Shown here piece by piece: positions 26,134 through 36,289 of a DNA stretch of 64,000 bases. The position numbers and the translations under genes are program-made. Location: the NCBI GenBank assembly GCA_964291235.2, contig OZ219815.1:598675-662674 (forward strand), read 5' to 3'. Numbering within the stretch: position 1 is the stretch's first letter; the number at the start of each line of letters is the position of its first letter. This stretch comes from Vicinamibacteria bacterium. Its GTDB lineage: Bacteria; Acidobacteriota; Vicinamibacteria; Marinacidobacterales; Marinacidobacteraceae. The notes under the pieces were generated by a model. The model was not told where the DNA came from, made no database searches, and was given only the letters and a program-made list of their open reading frames with translations.

Positions 26134-27693
26134 ATGATGTCCGGATCGAATTTGCGTCGCCCGTCCGCGGCCGGAGCGGTCGCGGCTGCCGGCGGAGCGC
26201 TCCTGATCGTCGGTTTCGTCGTCACCGCGGCCGCCCAGAACAGTCCGCCTTCCAACCCGCTCTCCACTGCCCGCCAACTGGTCGAGGCAGGCCGACTCGA
26301 GGAGGCCATCCCCCACCTGGAACGGGCTCGCAGTGCCGATCCAGCAAATGCACAGGCCCTCTGGATGCTGGCGGTCGCGCGGCTCAGGCTCGGAGCCTTG
26401 CCGGAGGCCGCTTCGCTGGCCGAGGAATTCGGACGTCTCGTTCCGGACAGCCCCACGGGTCCCCTGCTCGCGGCGAGCGCCCTCACGAGCCTCGGTCGCC
26501 TCCCCGAGGCGGCAGCCGCACTTTCCGAAGCGCTCGAGCGGGATCCGCGGCATCCCGAGGCGCGCCGCGATCTTGCCGTCCTGGTCGGCCGGCAGGGACG
26601 GATCGAAGAAGCCGTCGGCCGGTTGGAAGAACTTCGCGCCGAGTACCCGGGGAGGCCCGAAATCCTGGCTCCGCTGGGAGTGCTCTACGTGCAGCAGGGG
26701 CGCGGCGCGGACGGCCTTTCGGCCCTCACCCGGGCGGCCCAAGTCGATCCGGACTCGTTCGAGGCGCGCCATCACCTGGGAGCGCTCCTCTCGCAGCTCG
26801 GGCAGTTCGAGTCCGCGAGTGCTCAGCTCGACGCGGCTCTGGCCCTGCAACCCCGAAACCCCGGGACCCTGTTCGAGATCTGCCTGTTGCGTTCCCGCGA
26901 AGAACGCCTCGAACTGGCGAAAGAAGCCTGCGCGGAAGCGGCCGCGGCGGCTCCCTTGAATCCCGAGGCGCAATTCGCGAGCGGCGACGTGCTCCACTAT
27001 CTGCAGGAAGGGGAGACCGCGGAGCGCGCCTATCGGGAAGCCATCCGGCTGGACCCGGACCACTTCCGTGCCCGTTTCCGTCTGGGGCTCCTGCTCCACG
27101 AAACCGGACGAAGCGCCGAAGCGATCCCGGTGATGACGTCTGCGGTGGACGCCGGCGAATCTCCGTCCACGCCGGAACAACGCGCCGGCGGCCTGACCAC
27201 GCTGGGCCAGGCTCTCGCCGCCACCTCGGACACGACCGGCGCCGCCCGTCGGTTGGCAGAGGCCATCGCGGCGGCCCCGACCCTTCCGGAACCCCACCTC
27301 CACCTCGGGAACCTGCTCGTGCGCAGCGGTGATCCCGAGCGGGTCGCCAAAGGACGGGAACACCTGCAGCGGTTCGCCGAACTCAAACGTTTTTCGGATC
27401 GGACAAACGAGCTGAAGGCCGGCGTCAACGCGAACCCCGGGGCTCGCGAACCCAAGATGGCCCTGATCGCCCATCTCATCAGGGGCGGGGACCCGGCCCA
27501 GGCGCTTCAGGAATCGGGCCGGCTGCTCAGCCTCGCTCCCGCGGAGCCGCTCCACCATCTGATCTACGCCGAGTCCCTGGCGGCGCTCGGCCGGCTGGAG
27601 GAAGCGCGAGCCACCCTGCAGGCGGCGCTCTCCGACTGGCCGAAGAACGCTGATCTGCAGGAGGCCGCGACGCGCCTCGGCCGGAACCCGTGA
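26134..27693 (+). CDS. Secreted TPR-repeat protein
   Basis: The ATG start is followed by the hydrophobic signal AVAAAGGALLIVGFVVTAAAQ. The body consists of TPR repeats throughout. Confidence 0.7.
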   Translation: MMSGSNLRRPSAAGAVAAAGGALLIVGFVVTAAAQNSPPSNPLSTARQLVEAGRLEEAIPHLERARSADPANAQALWMLAVARLRLGALPEAASLAEEFGRLVPDSPTGPLLAASALTSLGRLPEAAAALSEALERDPRHPEARRDLAVLVGRQGRIEEAVGRLEELRAEYPGRPEILAPLGVLYVQQGRGADGLSALTRAAQVDPDSFEARHHLGALLSQLGQFESASAQLDAALALQPRNPGTLFEICLLRSREERLELAKEACAEAAAAAPLNPEAQFASGDVLHYLQEGETAERAYREAIRLDPDHFRARFRLGLLLHETGRSAEAIPVMTSAVDAGESPSTPEQRAGGLTTLGQALAATSDTTGAARRLAEAIAAAPTLPEPHLHLGNLLVRSGDPERVAKGREHLQRFAELKRFSDRTNELKAGVNANPGAREPKMALIAHLIRGGDPAQALQESGRLLSLAPAEPLHHLIYAESLAALGRLEEARATLQAALSDWPKNADLQEAATRLGRNP

Positions 27694-29390
27694 CCCCCAG
27701 CCGGCGGCGGGTCGCGGTGGCGATTCCCGCCGGGCTCGCAGTGCTGGTCTTCCTGGTGGGGCCCGCGGCGTCCGGCGGTCCCGGCCAACAGATCCAACTC
27801 GAAGATGTCACCGCGGCGAGCGGAATCGACTACCGAAACGTGAGCGGAGAACCCGAGAAACGGTTCATCGTCTCTTCGCTCGGCGCGGGGGTGGGCCTCC
27901 TCGACTACGACCAGGACGGCGACCTCGACATCTACTTCGTCAACGGCGCGCCGCTCGAGGATCGGACGCCCGGTCCGGGGCTGCCGAACCAGCTCTTCCG
28001 CAACGAGGGGGATCTCCGCTTCACGGATCAGACCGAGGCCGCGGGTGTTGGAGACACTGGTTGGGGCTACGGAGTCGCGGTCGCGGATTTCGACAACGAC
28101 GGCTTCCCCGACCTCTACGTAACGAATCTGGGCGAGAACGTTCTCTTCCGAAACCGGGGGGACGGCTCGTTCGAACGGCTTGCCGCGGCCGGCGGCGCGT
28201 CGCATCCCGGCTTCTCCACGTCCGCCGCCTTCCTGGACGCCGAAGGCGATGGCGACCTCGACCTGGTGGTCCTGGGCTACACCGCGGACTCCATCGACTC
28301 GCTCCCGCTGCCGGGCGCCGGGGCAAGCTGCGTCTGGTTCGGGCTGCCCGTCTTCTGCGGCCCGTCGGGGCTGATCCCCGCCCCGGACGGTTTCTTCCGG
28401 AACCGGGGAGACGGAACCTTCGAGGACACCACGGAAGCCGCCGGGCTGGCAAGCGTGGATCCGGCATACGGACTGGGGGTGGTGACCGGGGATCTCGACG
28501 GCGACGGGGACACCGACTTCTATGTCGCAAATGACTCCGTTCCGAACCACCTGTTCATCAACGACGGCCAGGGGAGATTCAGCGAACAGGGGCTTCTCGC
28601 GGGAACCGCCTACAACGTGGATGGCCTCGCACAGGCCGGCATGGGAGTGGATGCCGGCGACTTCGACGAGGACGGCCAGCTCGATCTCTTCGTCACGAAC
28701 TTCTCGCACGACACGAACACCGCCTACCGAAACGCGGGAGGCGGCTTCTTCGAGGACAGCACCACCCGGAACGAACTCCGGATGCCGGGCTGGTTCTACC
28801 TGGGCTGGGGAACCCGGTTCATCGATCTCGACGCCGACGGCTGGCTCGATCTGTTCGTTGCCAACGGACACGTCTATCCGGAGGCGGAGGCCGCGGGCAG
28901 CGGAACCCGCTACCCGATGCAGAACCAGCTCTTCAGGAATGGGGGGAGCGGCGCTTTCGTCGAGGAAGCGTGGGACGGCCCGGAGCGCTCGAGCCGCGGG
29001 CTGGCGGTCGGGGATCTGGACGAAGACACGCTTCCGGACCTGGTGGTCGTGAACGTGGACGACGAAGCCGCGGTCTTCAAGAACCGGAGTGGCGGACGCG
29101 GGATCACTCTGCGACTGGTGGGCGCCGGAGCCCCCAGGGACGGGAACGGGGCGAGGGTTTCGTTCTCAACCGCGGACGGGGTACGAAGAGCCAGGGAAGT
29201 GCATCGGAGCGGGAGTTTCCTGTCGTCGAACGACCCACGGGTGCACTTGGGCGCCGGAAACGGAGAGGAGGTCTTCGACGTGGTGGTTCGCTGGCCGGGC
29301 GGCGAGGCGGAACGCCTCCGCGACCTCCCCGCGGCGGGTCGGTTGATCGTCGTCCGCGAAGGCGCCGGAGTGGTCGAAGGCAGCCGTTAA
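27690..29390 (+). CDS. CRTAC1-family protein (FG-GAP/VCBS repeats plus ASPIC-UnbV C-terminal domain)
   Basis: The GTG start overlaps the upstream stop. Repeated motifs are DYDQDGDLDIYFVNG, DFDNDGFPDLYVTN, DAEGDGDLDLVVLG, DLDGDGDTDFYVAND, DFDEDGQLDLFVTNF, DLDADGWLDLFVANG and DLDEDTLPDLVVVN. The UnbV-like end is GARVSF...SGSFLSSNDPRVHLG. Confidence 0.85.
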   Translation: MTPSRRRVAVAIPAGLAVLVFLVGPAASGGPGQQIQLEDVTAASGIDYRNVSGEPEKRFIVSSLGAGVGLLDYDQDGDLDIYFVNGAPLEDRTPGPGLPNQLFRNEGDLRFTDQTEAAGVGDTGWGYGVAVADFDNDGFPDLYVTNLGENVLFRNRGDGSFERLAAAGGASHPGFSTSAAFLDAEGDGDLDLVVLGYTADSIDSLPLPGAGASCVWFGLPVFCGPSGLIPAPDGFFRNRGDGTFEDTTEAAGLASVDPAYGLGVVTGDLDGDGDTDFYVANDSVPNHLFINDGQGRFSEQGLLAGTAYNVDGLAQAGMGVDAGDFDEDGQLDLFVTNFSHDTNTAYRNAGGGFFEDSTTRNELRMPGWFYLGWGTRFIDLDADGWLDLFVANGHVYPEAEAAGSGTRYPMQNQLFRNGGSGAFVEEAWDGPERSSRGLAVGDLDEDTLPDLVVVNVDDEAAVFKNRSGGRGITLRLVGAGAPRDGNGARVSFSTADGVRRAREVHRSGSFLSSNDPRVHLGAGNGEEVFDVVVRWPGGEAERLRDLPAAGRLIVVREGAGVVEGSR

Positions 29391-30223
29391 CCGGACTCCG
29401 GAGGGTTCCACCACTCCCGCCAGCGGACGGGCGGACGGCCGCGCCGCCGCCACAAACGGATCAGGTTGCGATGGCCGGCGATGACCGAGCGGGGACGGAA
29501 GTACTGGCTCTCCCCTGCCCGGCGCTCGTGATGGCTCACCTCGACCTCCGCGAACCGGACACCGCGGTCGCCAAGGGCCGCAAGAAACTCCACGACCGCG
29601 GTTCCGTCGTCGAAGCTCATCAGCCGATCGGGACCGAGGTCCCGCCGGAAGAGTCGAAAATCGCAGTCCCAGTCCTTGAGATCGGGAAGTCCGAACGTCC
29701 TCGCGATCACCTGGTGGAAGCGCGGGCCCAGAAGTCGCCGCAGCGGTCCGTCGGCGCGGCTTCGGCGGAAGCCGTTCACGAACTGGACGTCCGCGGTTGC
29801 GGCATCGAGCAGTTCGGTGAGTTCGAAGGGATCGAACTGCCCGTCGCCGTCGGTATAGACGACGAGGGGAAACCGGGCGGCGGCGAAGAGGTCCCGCAGC
29901 GTGGCGCCGTAACCCTGGTTCTCCTCGTGGGCGAGCGTTCTGACCTGGGGGATTTCGCGGGCCAGGCGTGCGAGGACCGCGGCGGTCTGGTCGGTGCTTC
30001 CGTCGTTCAGGATGAGGATCTCGAACTCCCGGCCAGTCGAGCGAAGCGCCGCTTCGGCGCGCCGGGCCACCCACGCGATGGCGCCCTCGTCGTTGAAGGC
30101 AGGAAAGCAGGCGCTGACCCCTGCTCCCCGGTTCTTCTCGTCCACGGGCTGCTCTTTTTTCACCGGCTGCTTTCTCACCGAGTCGGCGAAGATAGACCAC
30201 GAATCCCGTGGAACGACTCGCAC
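29387..30223 (-). CDS. Family 2 glycosyltransferase
   Basis: The translation shows VSACFPAFNDEG...ILILNDGSTDQT...ENQGYGATL...YTDGDGQFDP, the GT2 pattern with a DxD-like motif. The start is uncertain: 30223, or GTG 30173. Confidence 0.8.
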   Translation of the reverse strand: MRVVPRDSWSIFADSVRKQPVKKEQPVDEKNRGAGVSACFPAFNDEGAIAWVARRAEAALRSTGREFEILILNDGSTDQTAAVLARLAREIPQVRTLAHEENQGYGATLRDLFAAARFPLVVYTDGDGQFDPFELTELLDAATADVQFVNGFRRSRADGPLRRLLGPRFHQVIARTFGLPDLKDWDCDFRLFRRDLGPDRLMSFDDGTAVVEFLAALGDRGVRFAEVEVSHHERRAGESQYFRPRSVIAGHRNLIRLWRRRGRPPVRWREWWNPPESG

Positions 30224-30936
30224 TGCACCGGTTTGCCTCGCCCTGGCTGCGGCACCAGCACGTGGCCCGCTACCGCTGGGCCGCGAACCTGGCGGCGGGG
30301 AGACGGATCCTGGACCTGGCGTCGGGGGCGGGATACGGGTCCGCGCTGCTCGGGGAAGGAGGGGCCCGGTCCGTGGTGTCCGCCGATCGCGCCGGGGAGG
30401 CGTTCGCGGAGGCGGCGCTGCCCGGTTCCGGGGCGGGGAACCTCCGCGGAGTCATTACCGACGCCTCGCGGCTTCCTTTCGCGGACGGCAGCTTCGATCT
30501 CTACGTTTCTTTCGAAACCATCGAGCACGTCGAAGACGACAAGGCGGTCGTCGCGGAGGCGCGGCGGGTGCTCGCTCCGGGAGGAGTCTTCCTCTGCTCG
30601 ACCCCGGAGCGGGAGGTCATCAGCCCGGGGCGAACGCTCGCCGACCGTCCCGACAATCCGTACCACGTCCGGGAATACGCGCGGAGTGAGTTCGCGGCGC
30701 TGCTCGGGACCGGCTTCGATCGCGTGGAGTGGTACGGCCAGACGCCCGCCAGCCAGGGACACAAACGGCGGCTCACGCAGTTCGCCGCGCTCTCGCCGCT
30801 CCTCGCGCGCCGACTCCATCAGGTCCGCAACATCGTCCGCCTGCCCGCCGAGGGCGAAGCGCGCCACGCCCCCTACCCGCTCGCGGGCGCCCGCGGCTGG
30901 CCGGAAGTGCTGATCGCCGTCTGCGGGCCGGTCTGA
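30208..30936 (+). CDS. Class I SAM-dependent methyltransferase
   Basis: It has RILDLASGAGYGSALL (motif I), FDLYVSFETIEHVEDD and LAPGGVFLCSTP. Confidence 0.8.
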   Translation: MERLALHRFASPWLRHQHVARYRWAANLAAGRRILDLASGAGYGSALLGEGGARSVVSADRAGEAFAEAALPGSGAGNLRGVITDASRLPFADGSFDLYVSFETIEHVEDDKAVVAEARRVLAPGGVFLCSTPEREVISPGRTLADRPDNPYHVREYARSEFAALLGTGFDRVEWYGQTPASQGHKRRLTQFAALSPLLARRLHQVRNIVRLPAEGEARHAPYPLAGARGWPEVLIAVCGPV

Positions 30937-30944
30937 CGAAACGG

Positions 30945-31634
30945 CTAACGGGAAACGACCGTCGCCGACTCGACGACGATGGGCGTCTCGGGTACGTCGT
31001 TGGCCCCGGCGCGGCTCACCACCCGGGCAGCCTCGATCTGATCCACGGCGTCCATCCCCGAAATCACCTTGCCGAACACCGCGTAGCCCCATCCCCGCGG
31101 GTCGGGCGACGTGTGATCGAGCATCGCGTTGTCCTTGGTGTTGATGAAGAACTGCGAGGTCGCGCTGTGCGGATCCATGGTTCGCGCCATCGAGAGCGTT
31201 CCCCTCAGGTTCAGGAGACCGTTTCGGGCCTCGTTCTCGATGGGGGCGCGGGTCTCTTTCTCTTGCATGTCGGCGGTGAAGCCGCCGCCCTGAATCACGA
31301 AACCGCGCACCACCCGATGGAAAATGGTGCCGTCGTAGAAGCCATCCTCCACGTACTGGAGGAAGTTCTGGACGGTTAGCGGCGCTTCGTCGGGGTACAG
31401 CTCGATGGTCAAGTCGCCGGCGGTCGTGCGCATCAGCACCGCCGACGGGCCGGGCGTGGGCAGATCGGCTGCGGTTTCGGTTGAAGGTGTGGTGGGTTCC
31501 ATAGGGGTCGTTTCGGCGGTGGATTCGGATGCGGGCGAAACCGCCTCGCCGCCGCCTCCGCAGGCGGGGAGCCAGAGGGCGAGCAGTAGTACCGCCCCGT
31601 GATTCGGGACGCGGGAGATTCCAGGGAGTGTCAT
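30945..31634 (-). CDS. Peptidyl-prolyl cis-trans isomerase, cyclophilin type, lipoprotein
   Basis: The track ORF runs to 32117. ATG 31634 gives LLLALWLPACGG. The cyclophilin core is YDGTIFHRVVRGFVIQGGGF...GTLSMARTMDPHSATSQFFIN...GYAVFGKVISGMD. Confidence 0.9.
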   Translation of the reverse strand: MTLPGISRVPNHGAVLLLALWLPACGGGGEAVSPASESTAETTPMEPTTPSTETAADLPTPGPSAVLMRTTAGDLTIELYPDEAPLTVQNFLQYVEDGFYDGTIFHRVVRGFVIQGGGFTADMQEKETRAPIENEARNGLLNLRGTLSMARTMDPHSATSQFFINTKDNAMLDHTSPDPRGWGYAVFGKVISGMDAVDQIEAARVVSRAGANDVPETPIVVESATVVSR

Positions 31635-31668
31635 GTCGGTTTGCCTGCGGAAAAAGGGAGCCGCTCGC

Positions 31669-32175
31669 TCAGGACGCCATCGCGAGCCGGGCCGGGCATT
31701 CAAGGGAGAGCAGCCAGCGTTTGGCGTCGAGCCCGCCGCCGTATCCGGTGAGTTTCTTCGAGGCGCCCACGATCCGGTGACAGGGGATGACCAGCGGCAG
31801 GGGATTCCCGCCGTTCGCGGCGCCGACCGCCCGGCAGGCCGCCGGGTTGCCGACCGCGCGGGCGATGTTCTGGTAGCTGGCGCGGGCGCCGTACGGCACG
31901 CTCGCCACCGCATCCAGAACGGCGCGCTGGAAGGGCGTGCCGGTCCGGTGGAGCGGGAACGTGAACTCACGGCGCTCCCCCGCCAGGTAATCCCGAATCT
32001 GGCGCGCATAGTCATCGTGCTCCCCGGGCGAGGCCGGAATCGCCGATCGGACGTTCCTCGTGCGCCAGGCGGCGGAAGCTCGGGAACGGCGCTCATCGCA
32101 GAACAGGATGCCGGCAAGACCCTGATCCGTCGCGAGCAGCTCCAGCCTTCCGATCTCGGGGATTCCGGTCTCCAT
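31669..32175 (-). CDS. ogt: Methylated-DNA--protein-cysteine methyltransferase
   Basis: The active-site motif IPCHRIVG is present, together with VPYGARASYQNIARAVGNPAACRAVGAANGGNPL. The start is ATG 32175 or further upstream. Confidence 0.85.
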   Translation of the reverse strand: METGIPEIGRLELLATDQGLAGILFCDERRSRASAAWRTRNVRSAIPASPGEHDDYARQIRDYLAGERREFTFPLHRTGTPFQRAVLDAVASVPYGARASYQNIARAVGNPAACRAVGAANGGNPLPLVIPCHRIVGASKKLTGYGGGLDAKRWLLSLECPARLAMAS

Positions 32176-32276
32176 GAAGGAGGAGCGGCAGGTCAGCATC
32201 GGCGCGGATTCTACCCGTCGGGAAGGCACGCGGAGCGGCTTCCGCGTGGGGTAGGCTCGCCCCGCTCCCGCGTCTC

Positions 32277-32933
32277 ATGCCCGCCGTCTCCGCTGTGCTC
32301 TTCGACTGGGATGGCACCTTGGCGGACAGTTTCGCCACCACCCGCTATGCGTCGCTCTCGGTTTTCGGGCACTTTGGGATCCCGATGGACGAAGCGCGGT
32401 ACCAGGCCACCTACCGGCCCGACTGGCACGAGACGTACCGACAGCTCGGAATTCCCGAGGCCCGCTGGGACGAGGCGGGAACCATCTGGCGGGAGAAGTA
32501 CATCGAGCGGAGCCACGCGGTGAGCCTGTTCCCGGATGTCCTCGGCACGCTCAACGCGCTCGCCGACCGGAACCTGCGGCTTGGGGTGGTTACGAGCGCC
32601 GATCGGCGGCGATTTCTGGAGGACCTCGACCGGCTTGCACTGGCGGATCGCTTCGAGGCTCTTGTGGCCTTCGAGGACACCCGGAACAAGAAACCCCATC
32701 CCGAAGCGCTGCTGCTCGCCCTTTCCCGCCTTGGGGTTCGGTCGCGAGACGCGCTCTACGTGGGGGACCGGCCGGAAGACATCGCCATGGGGAAGCGGGC
32801 CGGCGCCCTCACTGCCGCCGTCGTGAGCAGTTTCAGCAATGAGGAAATGCTCCGGTCGGCAGCGCCCGACATCCTGCTGCCGGCGATCGGAGACCTTCCC
32901 GGCGCGCTCCCGCGAACGGCTCCGCGACCATGA
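32277..32933 (+). CDS. HAD-superfamily hydrolase (phosphoglycolate phosphatase-like)
   Basis: It has VLFDWDGTLADS (motif I), LGVVTSA (motif II) and YVGDRPEDIAMG (motif IV). Confidence 0.8.
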   Translation: MPAVSAVLFDWDGTLADSFATTRYASLSVFGHFGIPMDEARYQATYRPDWHETYRQLGIPEARWDEAGTIWREKYIERSHAVSLFPDVLGTLNALADRNLRLGVVTSADRRRFLEDLDRLALADRFEALVAFEDTRNKKPHPEALLLALSRLGVRSRDALYVGDRPEDIAMGKRAGALTAAVVSSFSNEEMLRSAAPDILLPAIGDLPGALPRTAPRP

Positions 32934-34258
32934 TCCGGTCCGCCGAGCGGCCGACCCGGCTACCCAGGTACCCGGCGAGCGCCGTCTTCTACCGGGATCT
33001 TGAGCGCACCTACCGGATCGCCGCGCGCGCCGAGGGCGCCTGGATCGAGGCGGAAGACGGCGCCCGCTGGCTGGATGCCTGCGGCGGGGCGCTCACGATC
33101 AGCATCGGGCACGGCCGGAGCGACGTCGTCCGCGCCGCGACCCGCCAACTCGAATCGGCCGCGTACGTGCACGGAGCGCAGTTCACCACGGAAGCCATGG
33201 AGGAGGCGGCAGCCGCGCTGGTGGCGGCCCTGCCCCCGGCCTATCGCGACGCCAAGGTGTACCTGACCCCGGGCGGGGCCGAGGCGGTCGAGACGGCCCT
33301 GAAGCTGGCCCGCGCTCACGCGATCGCGGCCGGCCATCCGGAACGGAGCCGCATCGTCTCCCAGCGACCCGGCTATCACGGCAACACGCTCGGAGCGCTC
33401 GCGGTCTCGGGGAGGGATGCCCTGCGGGCCCCCTACCTTCCGCTCCTCGCCGAAATGCCGCTGGTATCCGCGCCCTGGTGCCCGCGCTGCCCCCTGAAAC
33501 TCCGCTATCCCGAGTGCGGGGTCGCCTGCGCCGGGGAAATAGACCAGGCACTTGCGAGAGAGGACCCGAGCGTTGCGGCCGTCCTCGTGGAGCCGGTGCT
33601 CGGCGCGTCCGCGGGCGGGTTCGCGCCGCCCGAGGACTACCTGCGGTCGGTCCGCCGCACCACCACCGAACGGGGCGTTCTCCTCATCGCGGACGAGGTG
33701 CTCACCGGCTGCGGCCGAACGGGGCGCTTCCTCGCTTCGGAGCACGCCGGCGTGGACGCGGACATCCTGGTGCTCGGCAAGGGGTTGACATCGGGCTACC
33801 TCCCCGGAGGAGCGGTGGTTGCGAAAAGAGAAGTCGTCGAGGCGGTCGCGCCCGATTTCCGGCATGGGTTCACCTTCTCGCACCATCCCGTGGTGGCCGC
33901 CGTCGTTCGCGAAGTGCTCCGGGTGATCCGCGACGAAGGTCTGGTCGCGCGTGCGGCCGCGCTGGAATCGGATGTCCGGGCGGCACTCCAACCCCTCACC
34001 GGAGCACCGGCGGTGGAGGGCTGGTGGGTCCGCGGGCTGCTCGCCGGAATCGCGCTCCAGCCGGCACGCGCCGGAGGGGTCTCGGCCCGGCAGTTCGCGG
34101 CAGCCGCGTGGGAGCGTGGCTTGCTCGTGTACCCGGTCGGCGGACCGGAGGGACAGGGGGACCTGGTCGTGCTCGCTCCTCCACTCACGGTCAGCAGTGA
34201 GGAAATCAGTGAGATCGGAAGCCGCCTCCGTTCAGCGTTCAACGAGTTTTCCGCGTGA
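32930..34258 (+). CDS. Class III (omega-type) aminotransferase, PLP-dependent
   Basis: The translation shows SIGHGRSDV, TPGGAEAVETALKLAR, GYHGNTLGAL, LIADEVLTGCGRTG and LVLGKGLTSGY, which contains the Lys in the expected context. Confidence 0.85.
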   Translation: MIRSAERPTRLPRYPASAVFYRDLERTYRIAARAEGAWIEAEDGARWLDACGGALTISIGHGRSDVVRAATRQLESAAYVHGAQFTTEAMEEAAAALVAALPPAYRDAKVYLTPGGAEAVETALKLARAHAIAAGHPERSRIVSQRPGYHGNTLGALAVSGRDALRAPYLPLLAEMPLVSAPWCPRCPLKLRYPECGVACAGEIDQALAREDPSVAAVLVEPVLGASAGGFAPPEDYLRSVRRTTTERGVLLIADEVLTGCGRTGRFLASEHAGVDADILVLGKGLTSGYLPGGAVVAKREVVEAVAPDFRHGFTFSHHPVVAAVVREVLRVIRDEGLVARAAALESDVRAALQPLTGAPAVEGWWVRGLLAGIALQPARAGGVSARQFAAAAWERGLLVYPVGGPEGQGDLVVLAPPLTVSSEEISEIGSRLRSAFNEFSA

Positions 34259-35262
34259 CCGACAGACCCCTTCGCGACCGGGTGGCCGTGGTGGCTGGCG
34301 CCACCCGCGGCGCCGGACGGGGGATCGCAAGGATGCTCGGCGCCGCGGGCGCCACCGTCTATTGCACCGGTCGCAGCGTGCGCGGCAATCCAGCCACCGC
34401 CGGACGGTCGGAGACGATCGAGGAGACCGCGGAGCTGGTCACCGCCGAGGGCGGGCGCGGGATCGCAGCCCAGACGGATCACACCGTGGAGCCGGAGGTT
34501 GAGGCGCTCTTCGCGCGTGTCCGTTCGGACCACGGCCGGCTCGACGTGCTGGTGAACGACATCTGGGGCGGTGACGCGCTCACCGAGTGGGGGAAACCCT
34601 TTTGGGAACTCTCGACCGCGCAGGGCCAGGCGCTGCTCGAGCGGGCCGTTCAGACCCACCTCATCACCAGCCGGCACGGGGCGCCGCTCATGGTCGAGCG
34701 CGACGCCGGCCTCATCGTCGAGGTGACCGACGGCGACACCATGGGGTATCGCGGCAATCTCTTCTATGACCTGGCCAAGAACGCGGTCATCCGGCTCGCC
34801 CTCGGCATGGCCGCCGATCTGCACGCCCATCGGATCACGGCGCTCGCGATCACTCCCGGGTTTCTGCGCTCGGAAGCCGTCCTCGACCACTTCGGGGTGA
34901 CGGAGGCGAACTGGCGGGACGCGATCGACAAGGATCTCTATTTCGTCGAATCCGAGACTCCGTGTTTCGTGGGCCGCGCGATCGCGGCGCTCGCCGCCGA
35001 TCCGAGGGTCCGGGAGAAGAACGGTGGTCTGTTCTCGAGCTGGGGGCTGGCGCGGGAGTACGGGTTCACGGACGTTGACGGCCGTCAGCCTCACTGGGGG
35101 GAGTTCTTCCTCGGGCAGGTGCGCCGCATCGTCGAACAGGAAACCCCGCCGGACGAGATGGACCGCTTCGTGGTGCAGACCCGGCTGTGGCAAACGGAAC
35201 GCGACCCGGCAACAGCCTCGGAGGCGGAGCGGTTGCGCGCGTGGCTCCGGCTGTACGGATAG
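34255..35262 (+). CDS. SDR-family oxidoreductase
   Basis: It has VAVVAGATRGAGRGIA (Rossmann TGxxxGxG-like) and a YDLAK catalytic-type motif. Its GTG overlaps the upstream stop. Confidence 0.8.
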   Translation: MTDRPLRDRVAVVAGATRGAGRGIARMLGAAGATVYCTGRSVRGNPATAGRSETIEETAELVTAEGGRGIAAQTDHTVEPEVEALFARVRSDHGRLDVLVNDIWGGDALTEWGKPFWELSTAQGQALLERAVQTHLITSRHGAPLMVERDAGLIVEVTDGDTMGYRGNLFYDLAKNAVIRLALGMAADLHAHRITALAITPGFLRSEAVLDHFGVTEANWRDAIDKDLYFVESETPCFVGRAIAALAADPRVREKNGGLFSSWGLAREYGFTDVDGRQPHWGEFFLGQVRRIVEQETPPDEMDRFVVQTRLWQTERDPATASEAERLRAWLRLYG

Positions 35263-35281
35263 CGGCGGACGGCGCCCCGCC

Positions 35282-36289
35282 ATGCCGCCTCACGGTAGAG
35301 ACCGCCTCAGCGACCCGCGGGAAACAACGAAGACCTGGACTGATAATCCCTCCCAGAGACGTCCCGATCTGTCCGAGTCCAAAGTCCTCACCATGCGCGA
35401 AGCGGTGGCCCGCTTCGTCCGCGACGGGGACACCGTCGTCATGGAGGGGTTCACGCACCTGATCCCGTTTGCGGCGGGACACGAGCTCATCCGCCAGCAG
35501 CGCCGGGATCTCACTCTCGTCCGGCTCACGCCGGACCTCCTAATGGACCAGATGGTTGCCGCGGGAACGGCCCGCAAGCTGGTCTTCGGCTGGCTCGGAA
35601 ACCCCGGCGTCGGCTCGCTCCACGCGATCCGGCGGGCAGTCGAGCGCGGCTACCCGGCACCGCTGGCAATCGAGGAGTACTCCCACTTCGGGCTGCTCTG
35701 CCGGTACAAGGCCGCGGCCTCCGGACTTCCCTTCTTGCCGCTCCGCGGCTACCGGGGTACCGACCTGCCGTCAGCCAATCCGAACCTCAAGCAGGTCACC
35801 TGCCCGTTCACGGGCGAAACCCTCGACGCCGTCTCCGCGCTGCACCCCGACGTCGCCATCCTGAACGCACAGCGCGCCGATGCCGAGGGCAATACCCAGA
35901 TCTGGGGCCTGGTCGGCGCGCAGCGCGAAGCTGCCTTCGCCTCCCGGCGCGTGATCGTGGTGGTGGAGGAGGTCGTCCCGGAAGAGGTGGTCCGCGCCGA
36001 TCCGAACCGGACGCAGATTCCCTCGGTTGTGGTGGACGCCGTCGTGGAGGAGCCGTGGAGCGCCCATCCGAGTTTCGCCCAGGGCTACTACGACCGCGAC
36101 AACGCCGCCTACGTTGCGTGGGACCGGGTCACCCGCGACCCGGCGGAGCTCGATCGGTATCTGGGCGAATGGGTTCACGGCCTGCCGGATCGCGGCGCGT
36201 ATCTCGAGCGGCTGGGTGAGGCAACCATGGGCCGCCTGCGGCCGGGCTCCCGGCTCGCCGGCCCGGTGGACTACGGGGACTACCGGTGA
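35282..36289 (+). CDS. CoA-transferase subunit A (glutaconate/3-oxoacid CoA-transferase family)
   Basis: The track ORF is 35024-36289. ATG 35282 is the first start after the SDR stop. The translation shows SKVLTMREAVARFVRDGDTVVMEGF and PDVAILNAQRADAEGN. Confidence 0.75.
   Translation: MPPHGRDRLSDPRETTKTWTDNPSQRRPDLSESKVLTMREAVARFVRDGDTVVMEGFTHLIPFAAGHELIRQQRRDLTLVRLTPDLLMDQMVAAGTARKLVFGWLGNPGVGSLHAIRRAVERGYPAPLAIEEYSHFGLLCRYKAAASGLPFLPLRGYRGTDLPSANPNLKQVTCPFTGETLDAVSALHPDVAILNAQRADAEGNTQIWGLVGAQREAAFASRRVIVVVEEVVPEEVVRADPNRTQIPSVVVDAVVEEPWSAHPSFAQGYYDRDNAAYVAWDRVTRDPAELDRYLGEWVHGLPDRGAYLERLGEATMGRLRPGSRLAGPVDYGDYR

Noticed and set aside
29387-29390. The convergent CRTAC1 and GT2 genes share their stop codons in the palindrome TTAA.
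   Set aside because: The observation is real, but it is most simply a coincidence of two TAA stops. There is no evidence of function.
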